Source: Minisyncoccota bacterium
GTDB lineage: Bacteria > Patescibacteriota > Minisyncoccia > Phycocordibacterales > UBA9973
DNA length: 64,000 nucleotides
Direction of reading: 5' to 3'
Assembly (NCBI GenBank): GCA_043771685.1
Contig: JAYVGX010000034.1
Coordinates: 11,690 to 75,689 of the forward strand
Each line of letters opens with the position of its first letter. Within the stretch, counting starts at the first letter, position 1. Below, piece after piece: positions 19,626 through 28,805 of this stretch. Both the position numbers and the translations under genes were made by a program. The notes under the pieces were generated by a model. That model was not told where the DNA came from, did no database searches, and saw only the letters and a program-made list of their open reading frames with translations.

Positions 19626-20465
19626 TTACAAATCTTTTTCCAAACAAAATCTTGGTATATAACCCTTATTAATCATTTGTGTTATTTCATGTTCTCCTAT
19701 TTCATTATTTTTATATATTTCAATTACATTAGGCGTGTCTATATTTAAAGCTTGCTTCCATTTGTCACCATAATTTTCATCATTTCTCCATTGTTTATTT
19801 ACAATGTATTCGTCTTTCATATACTTACGAGTTGAATGCCAAACTTTTATTAATTCATAATTATCTTTATCTTTTAAATTTGATACACCATCCTTATACT
19901 CAAAATAATCATCCGGATTTGCTATTTTTTCTCCTCTTAATTTAAAATTATTTTTCTTTAACCACTCTGTTACAGATGGTTGTGAAGTATAGGCCTCTAT
20001 ACCTTTTGCATTAGTTATGCTATTCATTTTAAGAATTTTAAAATATTCCTCTGCTTTTTTAAGAAAATCTGTTCCAGAAATATTTAAATCGTCTTTTGAT
20101 TTTATAAACCTATGCTTCATTTTCCAATAAACTTCTCCTTTTGTATTTGGGACACTCTCTTTGAAACGAAGAGAAGCTGAGACTTTGTAATTCTTTAAAT
20201 TTTTGTAATTTTCAACTAAAGAAAAATCAATTTTAGTTTCTAGTTTATCTTCCTCTTTAAATCCGTATACATAATAACAGAAATTTTCTGATAATTTTTT
20301 CACATACAAAACATCCAATTCATCAGTTTCAGTATGATTTTTAAACTGTTCTAAAACATCTTTTTCATCAAAGGGTTTCATAAATTCATCATGAATCTTT
20401 TGTTTTTCAATCTCTTCTGAAGTTTTATTATTTTCTATCTTTGGTATATCGGGTTTAAGATTCAT
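19626..20465 (-). CDS. Hypothetical protein of 279 aa, Lys/Glu/Tyr-rich.
   Basis: Clean ORF with no confidently recognised family. See the finding on a possible R/ST(R)/ExE motif arrangement. Confidence 0.4.
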   Translation of the reverse strand: MNLKPDIPKIENNKTSEEIEKQKIHDEFMKPFDEKDVLEQFKNHTETDELDVLYVKKLSENFCYYVYGFKEEDKLETKIDFSLVENYKNLKNYKVSASLRFKESVPNTKGEVYWKMKHRFIKSKDDLNISGTDFLKKAEEYFKILKMNSITNAKGIEAYTSQPSVTEWLKKNNFKLRGEKIANPDDYFEYKDGVSNLKDKDNYELIKVWHSTRKYMKDEYIVNKQWRNDENYGDKWKQALNIDTPNVIEIYKNNEIGEHEITQMINKGYIPRFCLEKDL

Positions 20466-20474
20466 AAAAATGAA

Positions 20475-21032
20475 TTATTGATTAAACTTCTTCACTGCAA
20501 GCCAGATGAGTGCACCGAGAGCAAAACCGAGGATTAGAACTTTTATAAGTTTGTCGGCACTGTTCCAATAACGCATAGATGCGATAATCAGTGACAATAC
20601 TCCACCCCACGAAAATGCAAGTGGTAAGACGGACACAGTTACAAAAGCACCAGCTATCAACGACAGGACCCCTAGCACAACAAGAGTAATAAATACATTT
20701 CTGTCATAAATCTTGCGGGCTTCATCATAATTTTTTTGATTTGTATAGTTTGCATCACAATAACCTTTAATTTCATCTTTTTGCATCTTACTATCTATTA
20801 GGACAGGTTGCTGGTAAGTATTTGCATTCCACTGACCACCGATAACCAAACATTCATCTTGAGTTTGTATTTCTTTTACGATTTGAGTTGATTTAAAATA
20901 ATCATTGTAATCTGGCTCATTGTATATAAATGAAATAGCATAATTAAAAAACATATTCATTACGATGACGATGCCGACAGTAATTGCTATTTTTATAAAC
21001 TTGTTAGTTTTATTTTGTGTATTTTGTTCCAT
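20475..21032 (-). CDS. Hypothetical membrane protein of 185 aa.
   Basis: N-terminal TM helix and two C-terminal TM helices. No family recognised. Confidence 0.4.
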   Translation of the reverse strand: MEQNTQNKTNKFIKIAITVGIVIVMNMFFNYAISFIYNEPDYNDYFKSTQIVKEIQTQDECLVIGGQWNANTYQQPVLIDSKMQKDEIKGYCDANYTNQKNYDEARKIYDRNVFITLVVLGVLSLIAGAFVTVSVLPLAFSWGGVLSLIIASMRYWNSADKLIKVLILGFALGALIWLAVKKFNQ

Positions 21033-21072
21033 ATGCTTTAAAGTATATCAAAAAAGTGTTACAATAGGAAAT

Positions 21073-21648
21073 ATGCAAAAAGAAAGAAAAACAATAAATA
21101 AATTGGAAAGATTCTCAATCTTAGCTACGCGTTGGATAGGATCACTCGAATCACTTATTTTCCATACTATATTTTTTATGGGAATTTTTTCTCTGACTTT
21201 TTTTGGTGTTGCTATCGAGAAAGTTTTACTTATTGTAACTACTATTGTGTCTTATGAGGCTATATACTTATCTATATTTATACAAATGTCTGTAAATCGT
21301 CAAGCTCGTAAATTGAAAGCCGTAGCTCGTGATCTAGAAGAAATTCAAGAAGATGTGGAGGAGATCCAAGAAGACGTTGAGGAAATCCAAGAAGACGTTG
21401 AGGGTATCGAAAAAGATGTGGAGGAGATACAAGAAGACGTCGAGAGTATCGAAAAAGATGTCGAGGAGATACAAGAAGACGTCGAAGAAATAAATGAAGA
21501 ATCTGAAGAAGAAGAAAAAATAGAAGAAGAAGAAGATAAAAAACACGACCAAATGATGAGTCGTATCGAAGACACCTTGGGTAAACTCATAAATGAAATA
21601 ACAGAACTAAAAAAACAAGAGAAAAAAGTTACCAGATCTAAAAAGTAA
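21073..21648 (+). CDS. DUF1003-like two-TM membrane protein with a C-terminal acidic tandem-repeat tail.
   Basis: ERFSILATRWIGSLESLIFHTIFF...YEAIYLSIFIQMSVNRQA resembles the DUF1003 core; this is from memory, not a search. It is followed by (EEIQEDVE)n repeats. The start is chosen at MQKERK to avoid overlap with the upstream gene. Confidence 0.45.
   Translation: MQKERKTINKLERFSILATRWIGSLESLIFHTIFFMGIFSLTFFGVAIEKVLLIVTTIVSYEAIYLSIFIQMSVNRQARKLKAVARDLEEIQEDVEEIQEDVEEIQEDVEGIEKDVEEIQEDVESIEKDVEEIQEDVEEINEESEEEEKIEEEEDKKHDQMMSRIEDTLGKLINEITELKKQEKKVTRSKK
21334..21525 (+). repeat. Eight tandem copies of a 24-bp coding repeat (GAAGAAATCCAAGAAGACGTTGAG-like).
   Basis: Direct reading of 21334-21525: consecutive 24-mers differing at a few wobble and substitution positions, encoding EEIQEDVE / GIEKDVEE units. 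Confidence 0.8.
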
Positions 21649-22228
21649 TTTTTACACCCCCCTGTCTTAAAACATTGAATTTATTATTTTTGTACTCTAC
21701 TAGAGTACTAGGCTTGGCGTCTCTCGTCCCAACACAAATATAGCAGTCTACACTGGTACCAAAATACTTTTTGGCTTCAGATCTTTTTTTTGCATGTGGC
21801 ATGCCTTGAGGGTTAGCGCTTGGGGCAAGTAACGGACCAACTGTTTGTATTAAATTAAATAGATTTTTATTTCTCTTTGGTATCATTCGGAAAGCGATAG
21901 TCCCTAGACCACGGTGCAGGTATTTTAAATCTTTTAGTATTTTTTTATCTTCTATTGGTAGGATAACACTTAGTTTCCCAGGCCAAAAATTCCGAAGGAA
22001 TTTTTGGCCCTCTTCTCCTAATTGCACTCCAAACTTTTTCAAATTCTCGAAACTGTTTACAAGTACGATACACGCTTTACCTTCATCACGACCTTTTATT
22101 TTATAAACTCTCTCTACAGCCTTTTTCGAATATGCAGAACAAACAAGCCCATAAATAGTATCGGTTGGTATTACAACAACAGCATCCTTTTTTAAAACAC
22201 CCGCAACATTTCCCCAATCGTTTTTCAT
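21638..22228 (-). CDS. tsaC: L-threonylcarbamoyladenylate synthase (TsaC/YrdC/Sua5 family).
   Basis: VVVIPTDTIYGLVCSAYSKKAVERVYKIKGRDEGKACIVLV: YrdC-fold signature. Confidence 0.8.
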   Translation of the reverse strand: MKNDWGNVAGVLKKDAVVVIPTDTIYGLVCSAYSKKAVERVYKIKGRDEGKACIVLVNSFENLKKFGVQLGEEGQKFLRNFWPGKLSVILPIEDKKILKDLKYLHRGLGTIAFRMIPKRNKNLFNLIQTVGPLLAPSANPQGMPHAKKRSEAKKYFGTSVDCYICVGTRDAKPSTLVEYKNNKFNVLRQGGVKITF

Positions 22229-22231
22229 ATT

Positions 22232-22576
22232 CTATATATTATTTATCTTTACTGCTACGATAAAGTCGTTTTGGGACAGGCCGTTGATAGCGTGGGTAGA
22301 TAAATTTATAGTTACAAATTTATAATTAGTTAAGTGTATGTCTGGATGATGACCTTCAGATTCGGCGATACAGCCAACTTTATTCGCAAAAGACAAACCT
22401 TCAACGAAATTTTTAAATTCAAACTTTTTAGAGATACTTTTGGCGTCGTCTGAAAGAATCCAGTCTTTGACGTGGAAATTTATCATCGCCTCGGCATCAG
22501 CCTTACTTAAAGGATCTACTCCGCCCTCGCACGGTATACATTTTTCATTTAATAAATTCATCCTACTATTATACAA
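22232..22576 (-). CDS. Pterin-4a-carbinolamine dehydratase (PCD/DCoH).
   Basis: Diagnostic E-x-HHPD motif (ESEGHHPDIHLTNY). 114 aa. Confidence 0.8.
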   Translation of the reverse strand: MYNSRMNLLNEKCIPCEGGVDPLSKADAEAMINFHVKDWILSDDAKSISKKFEFKNFVEGLSFANKVGCIAESEGHHPDIHLTNYKFVTINLSTHAINGLSQNDFIVAVKINNI

Positions 22577-22582
22577 TAAAAA

Positions 22583-22620
22583 AAGCGCTAATGGAAGTTA
22601 GCGCCTTTCTTTTTAATTTA
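22583..22620 (-). terminator. Bidirectional hairpin terminator.
   Basis: GCGCTAA-loop-TTAGCGC flanked by an A-run and T-run (AAAAAGCGCTAATGGAAGTTAGCGCCTTTCTTTTT). Confidence 0.5.
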
Positions 22621-22785
22621 ATGAATATTTAATATCCATTTTTTTAATTTTTACTGTTATGGAAAGGTTCTTTACTTCTTGATAACTAGTGTCATCGTTT
22701 ATAATACAAACCTCACCAGTTTTTGGATCTCTTAAAAGAAATATTCTCATATTTTTAGAATTTAAAGTTTAAAAAATTTATTTTA

Positions 22786-23082
22786 TTAAAACAAAGCATA
22801 TTGAGAAGAAATCTCGATCATACTTTCTACGATTTTCTTTTTTTTGTCACGTCTTTTTTGTAGATAAATCTCTACAAATGACATCCATTTTTCAGGATCA
22901 AATCTTAAATAATCTGGTTTATTATTTAAGACTATTCGAGTCCATGGTTCTCCTTTGATTTTTAGTCTTTTTTGTTTGTAATAACAATTTAAGATTTCTT
23001 GAATCCTATCGTGAGCATCCCTTACGTTTACAAGAATTTGATGATACTGGACATCATCCAGTATCAATTTCCGTCTTTTCAT
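22786..23082 (-). CDS. Hypothetical basic protein of 98 aa.
   Basis: Clean ORF, no family recognised. It borders the IS-relic noncoding stretch. Confidence 0.3.
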   Translation of the reverse strand: MKRRKLILDDVQYHQILVNVRDAHDRIQEILNCYYKQKRLKIKGEPWTRIVLNNKPDYLRFDPEKWMSFVEIYLQKRRDKKKKIVESMIEISSQYALF

Positions 23083-23258
23083 TTTTCATATATTTAAAGT
23101 GAAAAAATCTATTTTCTTAAATATAACACACAGACAATATATGTCAATCTTATTGACGCGAATTCTAACCTGAAACGCAACACTTCATCTGGCACTCATC
23201 TACTGGCAATGTACTCACACATATACCTCAAAGGAGAAACCATACCAAGGATTAGCAT

Positions 23259-23366
23259 ATATGAAAATTCATTTAAAACAAGGCGAGAAAGATAGATAAG
23301 AAGAAGATTTTAGATGAATTTAGTGCTACAACTGGGTATCATAGAAAGTTAGCAATCAAAAAGTAA
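23259..23366 (+). mobile_element. Short relic of a transposase N-terminus, disrupted by a stop and frameshift.
   Basis: MKIHLKQGEKDR* then, in the +1 frame, KKILDEFSATTGYHRKLAIKK*. The ILDEF...TGYHRK segment resembles the N-terminal HTH region of DDE transposases (from memory; family not assigned). It lies in a 500-bp ORF-free AT-rich region. Confidence 0.35.
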
Positions 23367-23612
23367 AGATTTACAAATGACACCATATACTAAAGAAAGA
23401 TAGTTTTGCGGGAAAACACAATAATCTAATCAAAAAAAATAAACCAATATTTTAATCAAAAAAATACAGAAAGATTCAGAGTACTACTTATGATATACTT
23501 CGTGTATTAAAAATAATTGAGCCAAAATTAATTCTTGGTAACATTATTAGGTGAGGTAATGAGTAAATAAATTAAAAGCAGTTTATATATTTATATACAA
23601 ACTGCTTATATT

Positions 23613-24299
23613 TTAAGTTAATCGTTTTTTACATTCATACAAATAATCTACAAATCTCAAACTATTACTTTTAACAGAAGGATCAAAAATAACAGCCGGT
23701 ACTTCAAAGAAACCGACAGATGGATGAACTTCCTCCCAAAACTCAATAGTTGTCTTTATGCATGCAATAGAAAATTTTAAAGCATTTTTTTTAGGAACAG
23801 ATGCCCAAACAACAGGATTACCCCATGGTAATAAATAAGGAACATGAAAATACGATCCATCATTACTTACTAATGTTTTCCCAGATTCAGGAAATCCTGG
23901 CAAGAAATGTCGTACATAAGATTCATTTAAAATATCACTAAAATTATATAGTGACTCTACTACTACTCCCAACTTATTTAAAATCTCTTTTCCTTGACCA
24001 AAGACAACTCCAGCTATAACTTTCTTAAAAAATACATCCATTATTTTTGCTGTTTCAATCAACTCTTTACAATCTTGACCACTAAATACAATATCGTCAA
24101 GTAAAGTATGCTCGTAGTACAACCCTAAGTTTCTAAGCTGAGAAGGTAAATCATTGTATCCATACTTAGGAAGTTGAACGTCAATTTTTTTAAAATTTTG
24201 GTCAATTCCACGAGTAAGCTTTAGAGAAAAAGGGCTTACAATCTTATCAGAAAAAGCGTCTGTCCGCACAACCACATCTCGAGGCGAAACTTTTGTCAT
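23613..24299 (-). CDS. Hypothetical protein of 228 aa.
   Basis: Clean ORF; no family recognised from sequence alone. Confidence 0.4.
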   Translation of the reverse strand: MTKVSPRDVVVRTDAFSDKIVSPFSLKLTRGIDQNFKKIDVQLPKYGYNDLPSQLRNLGLYYEHTLLDDIVFSGQDCKELIETAKIMDVFFKKVIAGVVFGQGKEILNKLGVVVESLYNFSDILNESYVRHFLPGFPESGKTLVSNDGSYFHVPYLLPWGNPVVWASVPKKNALKFSIACIKTTIEFWEEVHPSVGFFEVPAVIFDPSVKSNSLRFVDYLYECKKRLT

Positions 24300-24646
24300 C
24301 CAGTTAGTTATTTATTTTTCAAAAAGCAAAACCGTGTTACCTGAAATAAATTTTTCACAATGCATATAAACACTTTGTGAAATATAACGGGCAATAATAT
24401 CCCTTAAATGATAATCCCCAAACCTTGACATAGTCCTTACGTCTTCAGTTATTACAAATAATTTTTGCATACTTTATTTATTTATTTTATAAAAATAAAA
24501 GCATATATTGTTCCATTTTGTCAAATACACCGCCATGAATTTGACAAAATAAAAAACCACCCCTCCAAATGGTGATGACTTCGTGTTTATCCGTCAGAAG
24601 TAAATAATTTAACAGGAAATTAAATTCCAAGTAGTTCAAAACATTC

Positions 24647-25152
24647 TTAAGTAAGTGGTAAGGTTGAAATCTTATCACACTTGTCGAGATATTCTGAATC
24701 ACCATTTATAACCCCAAATTGTTTAACTAATTTTGAATCAAGAAAATCTTGAATACTGTTTCCGATCATTATCTTTTCAAATTCAATATGTTCTTTGCAA
24801 AGATAAAGAACGATTTGTTTCTTGCTACTCGAATCAATATGAACAATAAGTATCCCATACTTCATGTTTAAATCGAAATGAAGTTGTACGCCATATTCTT
24901 TTACTTTTTCCAAAAAAAGATTGGATTTCTTTTAATTGAATTTCGTGAACCTTTGATATTACATTTTTCTGCCCACCTCTTCATTGTTGGCATTGGTGAA
25001 TCTGAGCACAATCCTACAATATTACCCTGTTCTTGAAACAGACGGAATTTTTCTTGAACAACATCATGAGGCAATGTTAGTTCATAAGATTTGCCTATCA
25101 ATGTGGAATCAAGGTCAAAAATTACTATTTTCTTCATCTTACTGGTATACAT
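24647..25152 (-). pseudogene. HAD-superfamily hydrolase interrupted by a -1 frameshift at a T7/A7 homopolymer.
   Basis: The N-terminal piece has HAD motif I (IVIFDLDSTL). It ends ...IKRNPIFFWKK*; the rest (LEKVKEYGVQ...IGNSIQDF) continues in another frame. Adding one T to the T7 run at 24911-24917 fuses them as ...NPIFFLEKVKEYG... Confidence 0.55.
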
Positions 25153-25295
25153 GATTTTATTTTTTAAATGAACGATTTTAGAAATCCAGCATGGATTTCC
25201 TTTAAATATAAAGCTAATATACTAAACCAATTAATCCAAATTTATTTGGTGTAAAAATTTATATCTAAAAAACACTCTTACCTTTCAAAATTTGT

Positions 25296-25950
25296 CTATT
25301 TGTTAATGACAAATACATCATAAATTGCATTATCTTTATTGTAATATGCTGCCCACTCACGATCACCATAAGAAAAATGCCACCATTCCCCCTCAAAAGG
25401 CGCAAATCCTTGCCTTAATAATAAATCTCTAAGAAGTGCTCTATTTTGAATCTGTTCATTTGTTAGACCTTCAGCGTAAGTTTTTATTAAATTACTAGAA
25501 AAATCTGCAATTTTACACCCCCATATCAAACACTCCGTTTTTATCTTCAATAGTTATATCTACTGCTCCACCAGTTGAGTGCCCAGCAACATCAGGGTGC
25601 GCAGTTAGTAAGTGAGTCTTAAAGATTAATTCAATCTCTGTTATGTTTGGATATTTCTCAGACATTTCTTTTTTACGTGTTTCAAAATAAGCATTTTGAA
25701 TATAGGGGTGCCTATATCCATAGGCGATACGAAAGAATGCACCTGGGCTTATTTGTTGCAATTTTTCTTGAGCTAGTTTTAGTTTAGAAATAACACTTTC
25801 TCGTAAATAAAATTTATCTCCTAGTAGTGGAATCATATCTAATTTATAATACTCACACCTTATACTAGGTACTAACTCTTGAACAACCAACATTTTTTCA
25901 TTAGATTCCATGATGGGTATATTTAATAGTTGTTCTATTGTTGTAATCAT
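25296..25950 (-). pseudogene. VanX/DdpX-type D-Ala-D-Ala dipeptidase (M15D), frameshifted at a G5/C5 homopolymer.
   Basis: The upstream piece has Zn-ligand motif HPDVAGHSTGGAVDITI and ends GVFDMGV*. The downstream piece has EWWHFSYG. Removing one G from the run at 25517-25521 gives the contiguous FDMGCKIADFSSN (DMGxxFD motif). Confidence 0.6.
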
Positions 25951-26028
25951 ATCTTATACAATAGCATTTTTTAGCAAAAAAATAAATAAAAATCCCTCTA
26001 TTTTGATTGCTCAAAATAGAGGGATAAT

Positions 26029-26532
26029 TTAACTTATATTACCGTATAGGTAAATTCTCTGCTTACTTACAGAGGCAATCTCGTCCGGATTTTCTTCTAC
26101 ATTTTGCACAACACCCTGAAGTTCAATAGCTCCTAAAATGTTTAGATACAACCTTTTTGAATTTGAATCATCTTTAGCTGTACGCATGATGTAGTTAGTG
26201 AATCCAATTTGTTTTGCATATTGAATTCTCTTTTTAACCAACTCTACACCGATATGAAAATCAGATTTACGAAACAAGCTTAATACCCCAAGTTCAGACA
26301 TATAAAACGTTTTGTCTAAAACAAACGGTAACTCATGTTGTGTTTTCAAAAAGTCAAAAATCTTTTTGTCTTTTACAACAGGAATAGCTCCACCAAAACC
26401 AACAACATTGTCTTTATTTAACGCTATAAAAAGACAACCCTCATTGATGTGGAAATTCCAAACATGTTCCTCCACCCAATGATCTCTGTATTCTTCAAAG
26501 TAAGGTGCTTCAGAAAATACATCCTTGTACAA
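26029..26532 (-). CDS. Hypothetical protein of 167 aa, possibly an acyltransferase fold. Weak.
   Basis: Clean ORF; no convincing motif. Confidence 0.25.
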   Translation of the reverse strand: MYKDVFSEAPYFEEYRDHWVEEHVWNFHINEGCLFIALNKDNVVGFGGAIPVVKDKKIFDFLKTQHELPFVLDKTFYMSELGVLSLFRKSDFHIGVELVKKRIQYAKQIGFTNYIMRTAKDDSNSKRLYLNILGAIELQGVVQNVEENPDEIASVSKQRIYLYGNIS

Positions 26533-26556
26533 AGAAATGAACTTATCTTTGTATAT

Positions 26557-27234
26557 TTAATTTAAGTCAAAGACTTGCACATACTGAACTGCCTCTTTCT
26601 CCTCAAATACAATATCCATTGCACTTTCTAAAACAACACTATCGTTTGCGATTGTAGCAACAATGTCTTGTCCAGAAGGTTGTGTAATTTTTTGTACACC
26701 TGTAGTAGCAGAAACAGCAATTGTGCCAGACCCGCAAGCTGTTTCGTAGAAAAAAGTATCTATACTTCTAACCCAAACAACTGGATCAATTTTTACACTA
26801 TCAGCATTTTGCTTAATCCAAATCACACCAACGGCATCTTTGTCTTGAAGTTTTAAAGACTGAGTAATTTGCTTATGAATAACTTCATATTCTTTTGGAA
26901 AATCAGCCTTGATCACAACATGTACAATTCCTCCCAAATCAACGAGTGTTGCTGTTGATCCTTCAACTGAAACTTCTCGTTTTAAAACTGGAAGGCCTTT
27001 AAATTCACAGCGAATATAATTATCATCTATAACCCTAGACTGGACTACCCCAGCGTACCCAGACATAGTAAAACTATTTTCTGGCTTATTGGTAATCTGA
27101 CTAATCACAATTGCTGCAGAACGAGCTGCGTTTCCACAAAACTCTCCTCCACTCATTTCAAAGTGGAATTCTCCGTTGGAACTTTGAAGTAAAAAACCAG
27201 TTTGCTCTACTCCATATTTTTCAGTTTCAAGCAT
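26557..27234 (-). CDS. dapF: Diaminopimelate epimerase-like protein (DapF/PhzF fold), apparently missing the canonical N-terminal strand.
   Basis: Both catalytic cysteine motifs are present (EMSGGEFCGNAARSA and YETACGSGTIA). The reading frame stays open upstream to the hisS stop (27344) but contains no ATG/GTG/TTG. Confidence 0.5.
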   Translation of the reverse strand: MLETEKYGVEQTGFLLQSSNGEFHFEMSGGEFCGNAARSAAIVISQITNKPENSFTMSGYAGVVQSRVIDDNYIRCEFKGLPVLKREVSVEGSTATLVDLGGIVHVVIKADFPKEYEVIHKQITQSLKLQDKDAVGVIWIKQNADSVKIDPVVWVRSIDTFFYETACGSGTIAVSATTGVQKITQPSGQDIVATIANDSVVLESAMDIVFEEKEAVQYVQVFDLN

Positions 27235-27343
27235 TAACTCACCACCAAACCTTTCATAGTTTTTTCTTGTGAGCTGGTTTTTGATTGTTCGAATCGCTGT
27301 TGGATTTCCCCCTGCAGCGTTAATTACATATAAGTCTTCATTG

Positions 27344-28666
27344 TTAAAATATTTTTAATGTTAAAGAATTTAATTGAATTGTTTTTTGTTCTCGATTTTT
27401 CTGATTTTTCAGATTGACCGAATTGTTTTCTTGTTCAGTGGTGCCTACTACTATCGTATAATCATAGCCCAGTTTATCTGCATACGCAAATTGATCACCA
27501 AGTTTTGATTTACCACCAGTATACACCTCACAAACAAGTCCAAGACTGCGAACAATGTTTGCAACTTTGAAAGCATACGCATTTGCAATACTATCCTGAA
27601 TCAGAACTATTACTTTTTTAGTCTGATTTGGGATAATAAAATCCATTGATTGCAAGGCGGAAACCAATCGGTCTACTCCGACACTTGCACCCACTGCTGG
27701 CAATGCTCTCACTCCAAAGCTTTCTACTAGTCCATCATATCGTCCACCTGAATACACAGAACCGAATTGTGGTGCGTCTACTAGATTGGTTTCAAAAACC
27801 ATTCCAGTGTAGTAAGCAAGTCCACGGATAATAGACATGTCGAATTCTACTTCAGTTACTCCGCAAGCCTCAAGGGTATTTGCAACTGCTTGAAGATCAT
27901 TTATTGCTTCTTTTGCTTCTTGGATTTCTCCGCAAGAACTTTTGATTTTAGCCAAAACTTCAATAGGATTTCCAGTGGTAGCTCCAAAGTCAATGAGGGC
28001 AAGTGCAGAAGCTTCAGAAAGTCCAATTTGAACAAGAGATGCTAAAAGTAGATTAGTCGAAACCTTGTCGCGTTTATCAAGCTCTATTAAAACAGCACGA
28101 AGTTTATCATCTGCAAAACCAAAAAGTTTTGGTAAGCAGTCGAGCAATTTTCGGGTGTTTGTACGAATGATAAATTTACCATTACCTACAATAGCGTTCA
28201 TAGTGTCACACATACAAAGCAAGACTTCGATGTCACTTGCAATATTGGCAGAACCAACAATGTCTACATCAAATTGGTCAAATTGTCGATATCGCCCTCG
28301 CTCTATCTGAGCAGTTTCTCCGCGAAATACGGGTCCAAACACCGACCTTTTAAAGGGTAGTGCAAGCTCACTCATGTGGTCTACCACATAGCGCGCAAGT
28401 GGAACAGTCTGATCAAAACGAAGAGACAAACTTTGAGCTGTACCAGTCTTGCGCTCTTTCGAAGGCGAAACTGAATAGAGATTGAAGTCTGTAACTTCAC
28501 CAGAGAGAGTCTCAGTAAATTCTACGAGAGGTGTCTCAATAGGCAAAAAGCCGTATTTTTTATAAACACTTGCAATAGTATATACGAGCCAGTCTTTAAA
28601 GGCTGAATCTTTTGGTGATAAGTCTCGTAATCCGCTTGGAATTCCCATTGATTTTCTTTTTTTCAT
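27344..28666 (-). CDS. hisS: Histidine--tRNA ligase.
   Basis: Class II motifs (LRDLSPKD..., FRGETAQ, GGRYDGL) plus a C-terminal anticodon-binding domain. 440 aa. Confidence 0.85.
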   Translation of the reverse strand: MKKRKSMGIPSGLRDLSPKDSAFKDWLVYTIASVYKKYGFLPIETPLVEFTETLSGEVTDFNLYSVSPSKERKTGTAQSLSLRFDQTVPLARYVVDHMSELALPFKRSVFGPVFRGETAQIERGRYRQFDQFDVDIVGSANIASDIEVLLCMCDTMNAIVGNGKFIIRTNTRKLLDCLPKLFGFADDKLRAVLIELDKRDKVSTNLLLASLVQIGLSEASALALIDFGATTGNPIEVLAKIKSSCGEIQEAKEAINDLQAVANTLEACGVTEVEFDMSIIRGLAYYTGMVFETNLVDAPQFGSVYSGGRYDGLVESFGVRALPAVGASVGVDRLVSALQSMDFIIPNQTKKVIVLIQDSIANAYAFKVANIVRSLGLVCEVYTGGKSKLGDQFAYADKLGYDYTIVVGTTEQENNSVNLKNQKNREQKTIQLNSLTLKIF

Positions 28667-28805
28667 TTGTTCTTTTTTTTAGATTATTTAATTTACAAAA
28701 TATACTCACTTTAAACATAAGATGTATTTTTTTAGATGTCAAAATTCTGTACTCGTCCCCCAATAATCAGAATTCCCCATTATTCTAATTTTTTTAATCA
28801 AATTT

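Noticed and set aside
21334-21590. Minus-strand ORFs 21334-21552 and 21345-21590 (Phe-rich and Ser-rich), and a possible CRISPR-like array.
   Set aside because: They are mirror-image reading frames of the plus-strand 24-bp coding tandem repeat. The repeats are contiguous with no spacers and lie inside a gene, so this is not a CRISPR array.
22614-22750. 45-aa minus-strand small ORF (MRIFLLRDPKTGEVCIINDD...) between the PCD gene and the next gene.
   Set aside because: It is plausible but too short to support without conservation data, so it is left unannotated.
24487-24705. 72-aa ORF downstream of the HAD pseudogene.
   Set aside because: It overlaps the HAD 3' end in another frame and spans an intergenic promoter-like AT-rich region. 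There is no support for it as a gene.
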